Virus record (IMG/VR): IMGVR_UViG_3300027759_004177
Span: 292,866 to 356,865 of that record
Direction: 5' to 3' (one strand)
Length of the DNA stretch: 64,000 bases
The position numbers and the translations under genes are program-made. The notes beneath the pieces were generated by a model. The model searched no databases. It was not told the origin of the DNA and saw nothing but the letters and a program-made list of their open reading frames with translations. Within the stretch, counting starts at the first letter, position 1, and every line of letters starts with the position of its first letter. Of the stretch, positions 50,465 through 58,755 are shown in pieces.

Positions 50465-50649
50465 ACTTCGGCGATTTCCCAGGCCATGATACGGCGTTCC
50501 ATTTCGGCATCAAGTACATCACGAATAGCCCGTTCGCCTTCAGTCAATGTAGTCGAGCTCCAAAACGTATCTAGCAAGGATGATAATTCTTGAGCCGGCA
50601 TAGTCCGGGCCATTGCTTGGTATTCTTCTCGGGTACGATATTTCGACAT
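50461..50649 (-). CDS. Hypothetical protein
   Basis: 62 aa; SD AGGAG. Confidence 0.65.
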   Translation of the reverse strand: MSKYRTREEYQAMARTMPAQELSSLLDTFWSSTTLTEGERAIRDVLDAEMERRIMAWEIAEV

Positions 50650-50663
50650 TTCGATCTCCTGTT

Positions 50664-50702
50664 TAAAAAGTACTGGTTTTTATTTTGAGTCAAAAACCAG
50701 TA
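50664..50702 (-). terminator. 11-bp inverted repeat followed by CTTTTT; terminator or operator
   Basis: TACTGGTTTTT-N10-AAAAACCAGTA (50671-50702), directly upstream of the SD of ORF 50649. Confidence 0.4.
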
Positions 50703-50770
50703 AAAAGTGACTGCGTCGTTTCTGGGGTATCAAGGCTCCCCAAGGACCGCACGGCCCCATCACAGCCTTA
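50702..50770 (-). ncRNA. Candidate structured RNA (three-way junction plus pseudoknot)
   Basis: GC-rich intergenic stretch. Pairings found by eye: GUGAU/GUCAC, GGGCC-GUGC-GGUCC, UGGGG/CCCCA, and loop AGCCUU with the 5' AAGGCU. Confidence 0.35.
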
Positions 50771-51049
50771 TCTGGAAAGATTCATTACACGACCTTGGAA
50801 CTCGTTGAAGCTGACTCTCCAAGGCACAAATATTTCATGACCCACACGACTGTCAGGACCGGATTGATTAGTATCGGTGTCGGCACCAAAATGATCACGG
50901 GTAACACGGATCTTGTAGGCCTGATAACCTTGCTCGGTATTGTGAGCATCAATCACTTGACCTTCGATAAAACAATCATCACGTCCCGCCATGGGTTTGA
51001 AATCATAGCTACGGATGATATCACCATCTACTATTGTTAGTCCAACCAT
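50768..51049 (-). CDS. Hypothetical protein
   Basis: ATG at 51049 with SD AGGAG; 93 aa. The track start at 51088 lies inside the promoter. Confidence 0.7.
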   Translation of the reverse strand: MVGLTIVDGDIIRSYDFKPMAGRDDCFIEGQVIDAHNTEQGYQAYKIRVTRDHFGADTDTNQSGPDSRVGHEIFVPWRVSFNEFQGRVMNLSR

Positions 51050-51079
51050 TTTCTGCTCCTTATTAATCACTATACATAC

Positions 51080-51108
51080 ATTATACATTTTAATGAATTA
51101 TGGATCAA
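51080..51108 (-). promoter_or_regulatory. Sigma70-type promoter
   Basis: TTGATC, 17-nt spacer, TATAAT, with extended TG. Confidence 0.75.
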
Positions 51109-51124
51109 CCAGAATTTTAAGTAC

Positions 51125-51150
51125 AAAAAACCCCCTAAAAACAGGGGGTT
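51125..51150 (-). terminator. Rho-independent terminator of the 51177-54617 operon
   Basis: AACCCCCT-GTTTTT-AGGGGGTT followed by TTTT on the minus strand, 27 nt after the stop codon. Confidence 0.8.
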
Positions 51151-51176
51151 ATGGGTGTTGTTTTTAGGCAACAGAG

Positions 51177-52229
51177 TTACTTTTTACCTATATACTCGTG
51201 ACTGTAACAAACCCTATAAGCATCTCGAACAGTGGTTGTACCGCCGTAACCTGCCATTTTTCTAGCAGTACCATCCTTGTTCAAGTAACTACCTACCCTG
51301 GATTTTTTATTCATTGACGTAGGGCGCCATAGTTCGGATTTTTCACGATGCTCGCCGAAACTAGGGTGTGCTGTTTTACTAAAGTATCTTAGACCATGGC
51401 TAACATAGATTTCGGCAATGGCATCACTAAATCGTGTACCTATGCCCATGCCTTGAAACTCGGGTAAGATCACAGTACGATGGCCACGCCAGTAACTGTG
51501 AATATCTCTATTAGTTGAATGTATAGCAGCATGAAACCCAATGGGTTTATCACCTAAGAGTAAGACATAGTAATGAGCACTTTTACTAATAGCAGTATCT
51601 AAATAGTGATACTTACTGAAATATCTCCAATAGTCGACACTTGAGCTTTTGATGGTGAGTGCAAGTTTTGGTCTTGTCCCCAATCGAAGAAGTGACCTCC
51701 GATTTTCTAAGACACAGAGATCTGTGTCATAAACGTATTCAGGATCTAACCATTCTACTATGTCTCTATGGCAACTTGCAATATATAGTGGATCTGTTTT
51801 ACCCTGCCGATTGTAGAACTTGCGAATACTTAGGGCAAGACTTTTAGCAGTATCGCGATCAACAACTGACGTAAACTCGTCAACTGTGCCGAGTCCTTGA
51901 TCTAAACTAATGGCCATTTCAAAGCGATGATACTCGCCATTGCTTAAGGTATTGGGTGGTCGGAACCAAGTAGGAATACTACGCAGTCCGCAGGCAAGTA
52001 AGAGTTCTTCGCCACGTTCCGGAGTAGAGAAGTTTTCTATTGTAGTGCGAGCGTTATCTACTACAGGCTGACGTAGTTCACCTAGGCTACGCAGGATAGT
52101 GCTTTTACCACTACCGCTTGTGCCTACAATTAATACAATACCATCAGTTGGAAGCTCGGGGATAGTTACGCCGCTTTCCTTATAGTCTGTAATATCGTAC
52201 TTCTTTTTAATTTCTTCTAAGTAACTCAT
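51177..52229 (-). CDS. ABC-ATPase fused to a GNAT acetyltransferase
   Basis: Walker A GTSGSGKS, signature LSNGE, Walker B VDEF, H-loop SCH; C-terminal RTVILPEFQGMGIG (acetyl-CoA motif A). No transmembrane segment. Start is ATG 52229 or 52235. Confidence 0.88.
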   Translation of the reverse strand: MSYLEEIKKKYDITDYKESGVTIPELPTDGIVLIVGTSGSGKSTILRSLGELRQPVVDNARTTIENFSTPERGEELLLACGLRSIPTWFRPPNTLSNGEYHRFEMAISLDQGLGTVDEFTSVVDRDTAKSLALSIRKFYNRQGKTDPLYIASCHRDIVEWLDPEYVYDTDLCVLENRRSLLRLGTRPKLALTIKSSSVDYWRYFSKYHYLDTAISKSAHYYVLLLGDKPIGFHAAIHSTNRDIHSYWRGHRTVILPEFQGMGIGTRFSDAIAEIYVSHGLRYFSKTAHPSFGEHREKSELWRPTSMNKKSRVGSYLNKDGTARKMAGYGGTTTVRDAYRVCYSHEYIGKK

Positions 52230-53017
52230 ATGCAAACCTTATAATTTCCTTGTTTAGACCAATCAGATATGCTAGTTACATTGGTGGGTATAGCAGTACT
52301 AGGCCAAACAAACAAGTAACCGTTACCGAGATCAAATCTCTTTAGAAAATTTATACTAGAACCTTCTCCGTATGGAGCTGAGGAGTATAATACTTTCCCG
52401 TCAGCATCTAACGCTTCATAACCGTTGTTAATAGGCACAGGATTTTTTTTAGTTTTTCTAGTCTGGTGAATTTTATAAGAACTTGCGTTGGGTGTTGCAA
52501 AATTTTGTTCTTCTAAGTAAATTGACTTGTGCCCTAAGTCCTCTCCGTAAATTAAAAGAATACTAGTTAGTACTGTACAATTGGCGGCCGTTATTGTCTT
52601 ATTGGCATAATCTCGATACTCCTGAATCGCCAACGGCATAAGAATTCCAGGATCTCCTTTCCATCCTTGCATGTCAATTGGTGAACGACGAGAAGGCAAC
52701 AATACAGAATTTGGTCTACGCACCCATAAAGAATCTTTGATAATTTCAAAGTATTGGCCACCGCTTTTGAGCATATGAGGTTTTGGTTTGGTATTGTAAA
52801 ACTTAATAGCATCGTTACTCTTAACATCAAATGCTCGATGATCGACCTTTACGTCAACAATGGTACCTGATCCGCCAACTCTTACTGCATTGGCATAAAA
52901 AGGTTTTAGGCCAAGAGCAATAACCTTTTCTGCTGTGGTGCTGTTAGGGACATTGATGCTCCAGGCCGTTTGAGCCCATGCAGCAATGTTAGTGGCAATT
53001 TGTTCTGTTAGTATCAT
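52226..53017 (-). CDS. Hypothetical protein, possible PD-(D/E)XK nuclease
   Basis: GGSGTIVDVKVDHRAFDVKS fits a D...(D/E)xK arrangement; overlaps both neighbours. Confidence 0.45.
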   Translation of the reverse strand: MILTEQIATNIAAWAQTAWSINVPNSTTAEKVIALGLKPFYANAVRVGGSGTIVDVKVDHRAFDVKSNDAIKFYNTKPKPHMLKSGGQYFEIIKDSLWVRRPNSVLLPSRRSPIDMQGWKGDPGILMPLAIQEYRDYANKTITAANCTVLTSILLIYGEDLGHKSIYLEEQNFATPNASSYKIHQTRKTKKNPVPINNGYEALDADGKVLYSSAPYGEGSSINFLKRFDLGNGYLFVWPSTAIPTNVTSISDWSKQGNYKVCI

Positions 53018-53571
53018 ATAATTAAATGTTTAAAGTAATTATAATGCTTTTCCAAGGTCCATGTCAATGGATCAATTGCCGTTCCATCGTGTGTTTGGTA
53101 AGTGGCAGAGAACACATTGGTATAGCGTTCAAATGGCAACCACATGTTGGGAGTTTTAGAGGCCCAACCTGCATCTTTGAGGGCCCGGTGTTTGGCACGA
53201 CTCAATCTTACTGTGGGCGGATTCAGAGCTTGCTCTACGGAGATACGGCCAGCCAACAGCAAGTCACGGATACGACTGGCTGGAATCAAATGTTCAAAGT
53301 CACAATCTTCGTCTGCACCAATTTCGTGATAGTGTGCTTTCATGCCATCACGTTGTTGGATACAGTATTCGTGATAACGACGTAGGTAGTAATCAATGTC
53401 ATTGCGGATTTCACGCAACAACTGTTGATCATTTACTACTTCACTATAATCAACTACCAAGCGATCCAAATTCTTTCGACAGTAAGCGGCCACGGTTCGA
53501 TAAGTATCTGCGGTGCGTGTGGTCTTACCGTAGTTGGGGGCAATAAAAGTGTCTAGGGATTCTTTTAACAT
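53014..53571 (-). CDS. Hypothetical protein with an EHxxP (HNH/His-Me-finger-like) motif
   Basis: DFEHLIPAS...LNPPTVRLSRAKH. Confidence 0.4.
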   Translation of the reverse strand: MLKESLDTFIAPNYGKTTRTADTYRTVAAYCRKNLDRLVVDYSEVVNDQQLLREIRNDIDYYLRRYHEYCIQQRDGMKAHYHEIGADEDCDFEHLIPASRIRDLLLAGRISVEQALNPPTVRLSRAKHRALKDAGWASKTPNMWLPFERYTNVFSATYQTHDGTAIDPLTWTLEKHYNYFKHLII

Positions 53572-54617
53572 TATGACGCCTCTGGAAACAAGCCAGGAAC
53601 AAAATTACCAGCTTCAATGCCTACTTTACTACCTTCTCCGTGATATGGTAAGTTTAATGCACCACCATTATGAATATGCAATTCACGCATGAAGTTGGCC
53701 ATGGCCATCGGAGCAGTCCAACCTGCACCTGGGTGAGTATGGTCCCATTGCAGTTTAGCTTTGGCATGAATAGTGGCTGAATTTCTATGAGTTTTCTTCA
53801 AGCTGTCTAACAAGGTTTTCATCCAATCTGCAGGCAATTTGATGTTGGGATTGGTACCAGCTAGACGTTGTAGTTCATGTAAGCCGATATAAACACCTTG
53901 ATCAATTTCTTCTCCAATTGGGAAAGTTTCCTTGATTGCCGACAGGATATTGTGTAGCACTCGACCAGACTCATCCAACTCAATGCCCTTTTGTGCATAT
54001 TTAAAGTGACTGAAGAAGTAATCGTTGTCGCCACGCAGATTATCGCTGGCACGGCTACCTTTGTCTTGCAGGTCAATGCCTAACTTATCAAACTGATCCT
54101 GCATGGTTCTAGCGTGTACTACCTTAATATCACGGCTACCATTTTTGTAGCGTACAAGAGCATTGCGATGTAAGTCACCTGGGGTAAGACGTTTAACACC
54201 TGTGTCGTTTAACATTTCAAAAGCATAACTAGCAAAGTTCTTGTCATCTGTAACAACCACCGCACAAGGAATTTCTGTAAAACCTAAGATAGCGGCACTG
54301 ATAGTACGATGCTGGCCGTCGTAAGTATCAATACGATCTGTATCTATTAATTGGCAAGCCGACACAGGTGAACAGATGCGACTGTCCCATTTCTTCATGA
54401 TATTGATAATATGTTTGTGTAGCACATCACGTTGGACTTCGTAGTCGATCCAAAGATCGGCAATGGCGACCATGGTGCTTTTGGGGAACGAATGACCGAT
54501 TCTGGCCGCAACTCGCCAGGCAGTTAATTCTCTATCAGTTACGTTGTAATGAGCTTTGAGTTGACGTTCAACTTCTTGAGCCACGTCAGTGAGTTTGCGT
54601 GTGAGACGCTTTGACAT
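53571..54617 (-). CDS. DGQHR/ParB-Srx-fold protein
   Basis: IDYEVQR...TYDGQHRT...IPCAVV; SD AAGGAG. Confidence 0.75.
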   Translation of the reverse strand: MSKRLTRKLTDVAQEVERQLKAHYNVTDRELTAWRVAARIGHSFPKSTMVAIADLWIDYEVQRDVLHKHIINIMKKWDSRICSPVSACQLIDTDRIDTYDGQHRTISAAILGFTEIPCAVVVTDDKNFASYAFEMLNDTGVKRLTPGDLHRNALVRYKNGSRDIKVVHARTMQDQFDKLGIDLQDKGSRASDNLRGDNDYFFSHFKYAQKGIELDESGRVLHNILSAIKETFPIGEEIDQGVYIGLHELQRLAGTNPNIKLPADWMKTLLDSLKKTHRNSATIHAKAKLQWDHTHPGAGWTAPMAMANFMRELHIHNGGALNLPYHGEGSKVGIEAGNFVPGLFPEAS

Positions 54618-54683
54618 TGTAATTCTCCTTCGTTGCCCGACACAATGCGGGATTGGTTAATAAAACTGCTACTTCTAATTACT

Positions 54684-54712
54684 ATTATACGCTCTTTTTC
54701 TGCGGTTGTCAA
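54684..54712 (-). promoter_or_regulatory. Perfect-consensus sigma70 promoter
   Basis: TTGACA (54712-54707), 17-nt spacer, TATAAT (54689-54684). Confidence 0.9.
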
Positions 54713-54731
54713 CCATCTAAGTTAGTGATCA

Positions 54732-55118
54732 CTAACCTTGTGATTCTATATTATCTAAATATGATGCTAAGTCATTGCCGTGTAAGGTCAGCATCATGGC
54801 TTCTTCCTCTTCAAACACTATAATTTTTTGACGTTTGAGCAGGTAGTACATGCTTTTAAACTGTCGTTCTAATTGCAACAGATGATGATTGGTCAGTTCT
54901 TCAGGCAAAGCAAATTCATAACTTTGTAGTTTGAGCACAGCCTTGACAAATTGTAGTCCTTGAAGACTCAACCTTAGGCTGGTGTCGTCTGTGGGATTCT
55001 TCCACCAACGCAGTTGTAGGTCGGTAGTTTGGCCAATTGGAAACTCAGCCTGTTCTACAAATATTTTTGTGAGTTGACGTTGAGTGTAACGCTTATGGGA
55101 AGATTTTGTCGCCGGCAC
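54732..55118 (-). CDS. Hypothetical protein
   Basis: Open frame; start uncertain (GTG 55118 proposed; the track gives 55193). Confidence 0.6.
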   Translation of the reverse strand: MPATKSSHKRYTQRQLTKIFVEQAEFPIGQTTDLQLRWWKNPTDDTSLRLSLQGLQFVKAVLKLQSYEFALPEELTNHHLLQLERQFKSMYYLLKRQKIIVFEEEEAMMLTLHGNDLASYLDNIESQG

Positions 55119-55380
55119 GTAACAGTACCACACTGAACTTGTCAGTCTTAAACAAGGTGTTGAGTTTCTTGCAGAGATTAATTGCATGGCCACTGTTACT
55201 GAAACTTACTTTTTTGTACTTGGGGCCAGGGTAACTCACTAAAATATTGTGTGTCTTGAGATTGATAGGTTGATTGTCGTAGAACACCGCCCAGATACCT
55301 TCAGAGGCCAGCACTTGCTCGCTCTTGTAAGTGGTTTTGTTAACGTGGTCCAACAACACAGTTGGCTTGGGTCTAGACAT
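55093..55380 (-). CDS. Hypothetical protein
   Basis: 95 aa; SD AAGGA; upstream GATAAATA box at 55406-55413. Confidence 0.75.
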   Translation of the reverse strand: MSRPKPTVLLDHVNKTTYKSEQVLASEGIWAVFYDNQPINLKTHNILVSYPGPKYKKVSFSNSGHAINLCKKLNTLFKTDKFSVVLLRAGDKIFP

Positions 55381-55429
55381 TTTCAGTTATCCTTGATATA
55401 CTGTTTATTTATCTCTTAATATACGTATA

Positions 55430-55648
55430 TTATTTAAAACCGCCACCGTCCATGCTGATATCAGTTTTGATGATGGAATTTTCAGTATTTTTACAGAATC
55501 CACTGATGGTGGCCAGCAACTCGTAAATTTCGGCATGCAAGTTGCGAGCTTCTTGAGCATTCAGTGTTAAGATTTTGCCATTGCTTTGATTCATGGCTCT
55601 AACACGATCGTTAAACATGCGTACATGGACAGATACGTTATTGTCCAT
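55430..55648 (-). CDS. Hypothetical protein
   Basis: 72-aa ORF in the coupled series. Confidence 0.65.
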   Translation of the reverse strand: MDNNVSVHVRMFNDRVRAMNQSNGKILTLNAQEARNLHAEIYELLATISGFCKNTENSIIKTDISMDGGGFK

Positions 55649-56114
55649 TGGCTTCTCGCATGGCTTCTATCATGCGGTCTTGAGTTTTGAATGGACCTTG
55701 ATATTCGTAACGATTCAGTGTGATAAGTTTTGGACAGTAGGCACGAACCCAGGTTGAACTGAATTTAATAATGTAGTAGCCGGCACAGAAGAAACTTTTA
55801 CTTTTGCTACCTTTGGTGTAGATGGGCAAGTAACGTTGCACATCTAACACTTCGTTGTTGGGTTGTGTGTTGGTGGGAAATCCATACACATCATACACAT
55901 CTAGTTTTTCTTTCTTGGGTTTTTCAGCCTTGACAAATTCGATGTTGTATTTTTTACTGATCATCTTGATTGATGGAAACAGTTCTCTTTGCTCATCGTG
56001 TACATAAGCAAAGCCGCCTTCTTCAATGGCCTGGATGGTGGCAATCTTTTCTCCACCTTCTTCTACAATCCAAAATTTATTTTTTACAACAGGTTTAGCA
56101 ATAATATCACTCAT
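55638..56114 (-). CDS. Hypothetical protein
   Basis: 158 aa; SD AAGGAG. Confidence 0.75.
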   Translation of the reverse strand: MSDIIAKPVVKNKFWIVEEGGEKIATIQAIEEGGFAYVHDEQRELFPSIKMISKKYNIEFVKAEKPKKEKLDVYDVYGFPTNTQPNNEVLDVQRYLPIYTKGSKSKSFFCAGYYIIKFSSTWVRAYCPKLITLNRYEYQGPFKTQDRMIEAMREANGQ

Positions 56115-56123
56115 GGTGACTCC

Positions 56124-56483
56124 TTAAATAGCTTCTTGTAAGATCCATACCAACCAGATATAGAACGTGTAGTGAGCCAGCTGATCGGCTCCCAGTTGAA
56201 TCCAAAACTTTTGTGTGTTGGCATTTCGTGTGCCCCATTTGGCCTTGACGTAATCTATGTGATAATGTACAACACTATCTAAGAGACCGAACACCAAACC
56301 CACCGGTGCACTATTCACAAATACTGTCACTATGATGCCAGTAAACACGCCATGCATGACAGCATGTTCTATGCCTCCCATAAGACCATATGTGCCTTTT
56401 TGTTCGACCATGTATTCAAACTGCAATACGAAATCTGCAATCCAATGTTTGACAGCCATCACAAACAATAACAAAAAAATCAT
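56124..56483 (-). CDS. DUF3307-like membrane protein
   Basis: KHWIADFVLQ...HAVMHG...HYHIDYVK...LGADQLAH with hydrophobic helices. Confidence 0.7.
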   Translation of the reverse strand: MIFLLLFVMAVKHWIADFVLQFEYMVEQKGTYGLMGGIEHAVMHGVFTGIIVTVFVNSAPVGLVFGLLDSVVHYHIDYVKAKWGTRNANTQKFWIQLGADQLAHYTFYIWLVWILQEAI

Positions 56484-56650
56484 CTTTTAATAAACCAATA
56501 ATTTATCGCAGCAACCAACCAACTGATCGAAGCGTCAACATACTCTCCGCGACCAATCTGAGCACAACCGGCCATGATCAAAAAACCAATAAGAAACCAA
56601 GTGATTTCGGTGTAGTTACGCAAATACCACTGTCTAAAATTTTCTAACAT
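56480..56650 (-). CDS. 56-aa small membrane protein (MLENFRQWYLRNYTEITWFLIGFLIMAG...)
   Basis: Translated by hand; SD AAGGA; ATGA overlap with the next gene; two hydrophobic segments. Confidence 0.6.
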   Translation of the reverse strand: MLENFRQWYLRNYTEITWFLIGFLIMAGCAQIGRGEYVDASISWLVAAINYWFIKR

Positions 56651-56651
56651 A

Positions 56652-57647
56652 TTATTCCTTTTCTGGGTAACTTGCTTCTAAAAATCTAGTGTACTGTTCA
56701 GCGTATTCTGACATTTTTACTAGATCATATTTGCCGCAAAACTTTAAAAAATGGGCACCAATCATGGGGCGGTTAAGTGCCACGCTATTTCCATCTATGG
56801 TGCCACGGATTTTAACTTTGACGTCGTCGGGTTGTGCGGTTAGGTCAACTAGCACACGATTACGTTCATAGTCGTCCAGCACACGATGTTCCTGACCGTT
56901 GTGATCAGTCCAGCGTTGTAGCATTAGATTATTCCACGCAAAGCCTTTCGCTGTTTTATCGTTAAATGCCTCAATGAGTCCCACTTTATTTTTACTTCCC
57001 ACCTTACGCACCCCTGGGTATGCCGAGAAAATGTTATCTGTGGGGTCACCTCGCATACATTTTTCGAAAAGAATCCACTTAGGATCCGGAATTGTTTTTG
57101 GTTCCTTAGTTTTTTTATCTTTGACTGGGGCACCTTTCTTGTCGAAAATACCTTGAATAGTGTGGAGCTCATCTGCGATTCCGTTATATTGATTTACATT
57201 TTCTGCTAGTAGTTGATGAAAGTCTGTATCACTTGACACAATGGTATGATGATCACGTGGGTGGGCTTGTATCCAACCGGCAATCAAATCATCTGCTTCA
57301 AGTTCAGGGTGTTGTAATACTGTGCAGTTTGTTTTTGTGGCCAAGAAGTCTTTGAGAGTATCGAAGCTTTCCCAAAACAATGCATCTTCTTCAGCTTCTT
57401 TTTCTGTCAAGGCCGCACGAGCCACACTACGATTCTTTTTATAAGGCTCATAATAGTCTTTACGCCAACTACGACCTTCCAAGCAGAAAATAACGTGATC
57501 TGCCTTTTGATCTCTCCAGCTCTTATTAACACTATTTAGCGTTACCTGAATGGCGAAACCCAGCCTATCCCAAGTATCAGCTTGACGGTGTGCGGCATGC
57601 CTGGCACGGAAGAAAGTATTAGCGGTGTCAACAAGTAGATATCTCAT
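56652..57647 (-). CDS. rnh: T4-like RNase H / 5'-3' flap exonuclease
   Basis: YLLVDTAN, YKKNR, LEADDLIA, IVSSDTDFHQL, GDPTDNI. ATG at 57647 sits just downstream of a promoter. Confidence 0.88.
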   Translation of the reverse strand: MRYLLVDTANTFFRARHAAHRQADTWDRLGFAIQVTLNSVNKSWRDQKADHVIFCLEGRSWRKDYYEPYKKNRSVARAALTEKEAEEDALFWESFDTLKDFLATKTNCTVLQHPELEADDLIAGWIQAHPRDHHTIVSSDTDFHQLLAENVNQYNGIADELHTIQGIFDKKGAPVKDKKTKEPKTIPDPKWILFEKCMRGDPTDNIFSAYPGVRKVGSKNKVGLIEAFNDKTAKGFAWNNLMLQRWTDHNGQEHRVLDDYERNRVLVDLTAQPDDVKVKIRGTIDGNSVALNRPMIGAHFLKFCGKYDLVKMSEYAEQYTRFLEASYPEKE

Positions 57648-57653
57648 GTAGTT

Positions 57654-57682
57654 ATAATAGCATATAATGATTAAGTTGTCAA
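57654..57682 (-). promoter_or_regulatory. Sigma70-type promoter of rnh
   Basis: TTGACA, 17-nt spacer, TATTAT. Confidence 0.7.
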
Positions 57683-58372
57683 TAGCGTTTGGACATAATT
57701 TTGGTATAGGAATTCGGCCCAGGCGGTATGGGCATCTGGACCAAAATGATATGATCCAGGACGAACCGTTTCGAATCCCCGTTGCTTTAACCAATTGTAG
57801 TAAGTATATTCTGGACTGTATGGATGTATATAACTGTTGCCCCATTCAAATTTTAAAGTTTTGGTAAATGGTTCAAATGTGTTAAAAAATATGTGTGGTA
57901 TTTTGTTCTGGTCAAGATATCTATGCAGTTGGTGTATTTTTTCGTGTGCGTTTCTAACAGCATGATCGTAGTTGATGTTTAAAATGTAACCGCGGTATTG
58001 ATCTTTGATTTCTGTAGGCCAATCTTCACCAATGCCACCGGCATTGACTTGCCAATACTGTTCAGTGCCTTCGTGCCACCACTCTTCTCGTTCCCATGTT
58101 GACCACCCAATGATGGCCAACTCGGGTTTTACAATGTCAAGGGCCTTGTAAGTGGTACGAATGATTCTGTCGTTGCTACTGGCTGACTCTGCATCACATT
58201 GTAGTATGGCACCCAGCATGTTGGCCAACTCACAGCCGTAGCTGACACGTAGATTATCTGGATGCGGTTCACGTGCCATGTTCCAATATAGGCTATCGTC
58301 TTGGGCAAACGAATAGGTGTTTACTGCTTCGGCACCAGCACTATGGCTGTCACCATTTACATACAAGATCAC
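57671..58372 (-). CDS. SGNH-like hydrolase or acyltransferase
   Basis: ILYVNGDSHSAG, AESASSN, GWS, SYHFG. Confidence 0.55.
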   Translation of the reverse strand: MILYVNGDSHSAGAEAVNTYSFAQDDSLYWNMAREPHPDNLRVSYGCELANMLGAILQCDAESASSNDRIIRTTYKALDIVKPELAIIGWSTWEREEWWHEGTEQYWQVNAGGIGEDWPTEIKDQYRGYILNINYDHAVRNAHEKIHQLHRYLDQNKIPHIFFNTFEPFTKTLKFEWGNSYIHPYSPEYTYYNWLKQRGFETVRPGSYHFGPDAHTAWAEFLYQNYVQTLLTT

Positions 58373-58755
58373 GATACTTCAGTACGCCCGTCACCAATAT
58401 CTCTACGTTCAATGTTGCGTGGACGTGCATCTATTGGCTGATTGGCTTCCCATTGTTCAAAGTTTTCTGCCACTACATTTTTACACACATCAGCAAACCA
58501 ACGGTCTACCATGTCTGCATCTGTATCTGCAGGTTTGTGTTGATAACCAGCACGTACCAGATTGGCAATAAACTTGTCATTCCAATCTAGCTCAAATGCA
58601 CCGTTGCCAATGTTGTCTGGATCTAAATCTACACTAAGAATCGCCACATAAGGTTCGCCCTTTTCTGTGGCCAAGTCCTTGGCAGATTTTTTTCGAGTCT
58701 TGGGTGCTTCTGGTTTTGTTTCGGGTTTCTTTTTAAAGCGATCAAATATTCCCAT
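58369..58755 (-). CDS. Hypothetical protein
   Basis: 128 aa; SD AAGGA. Confidence 0.75.
   Translation of the reverse strand: MGIFDRFKKKPETKPEAPKTRKKSAKDLATEKGEPYVAILSVDLDPDNIGNGAFELDWNDKFIANLVRAGYQHKPADTDADMVDRWFADVCKNVVAENFEQWEANQPIDARPRNIERRDIGDGRTEVS

Noticed and set aside
50702-50770. Canonical hammerhead, HDV-like, twister or pistol ribozyme
   Set aside because: No CUGANGA core, no P1.1 GG with catalytic-C junction, and no twister or pistol consensus on either strand. Kept only as an unclassified RNA candidate.
51177-52235. ABC transporter subunit
   Set aside because: No permease or binding-protein gene nearby, and the ATPase is fused to a GNAT domain.
54618-54683. Structured leader of the DGQHR gene (CCCG/CGGG hairpin)
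   Set aside because: Only 4 bp and no further support; expected by chance.
56652-57845. 397-aa N-terminally extended RNase H from the ORF track
   Set aside because: The extension overlaps ORF 57671 and a sigma70 promoter, and the conserved domain begins at MRYLLVD (57647).
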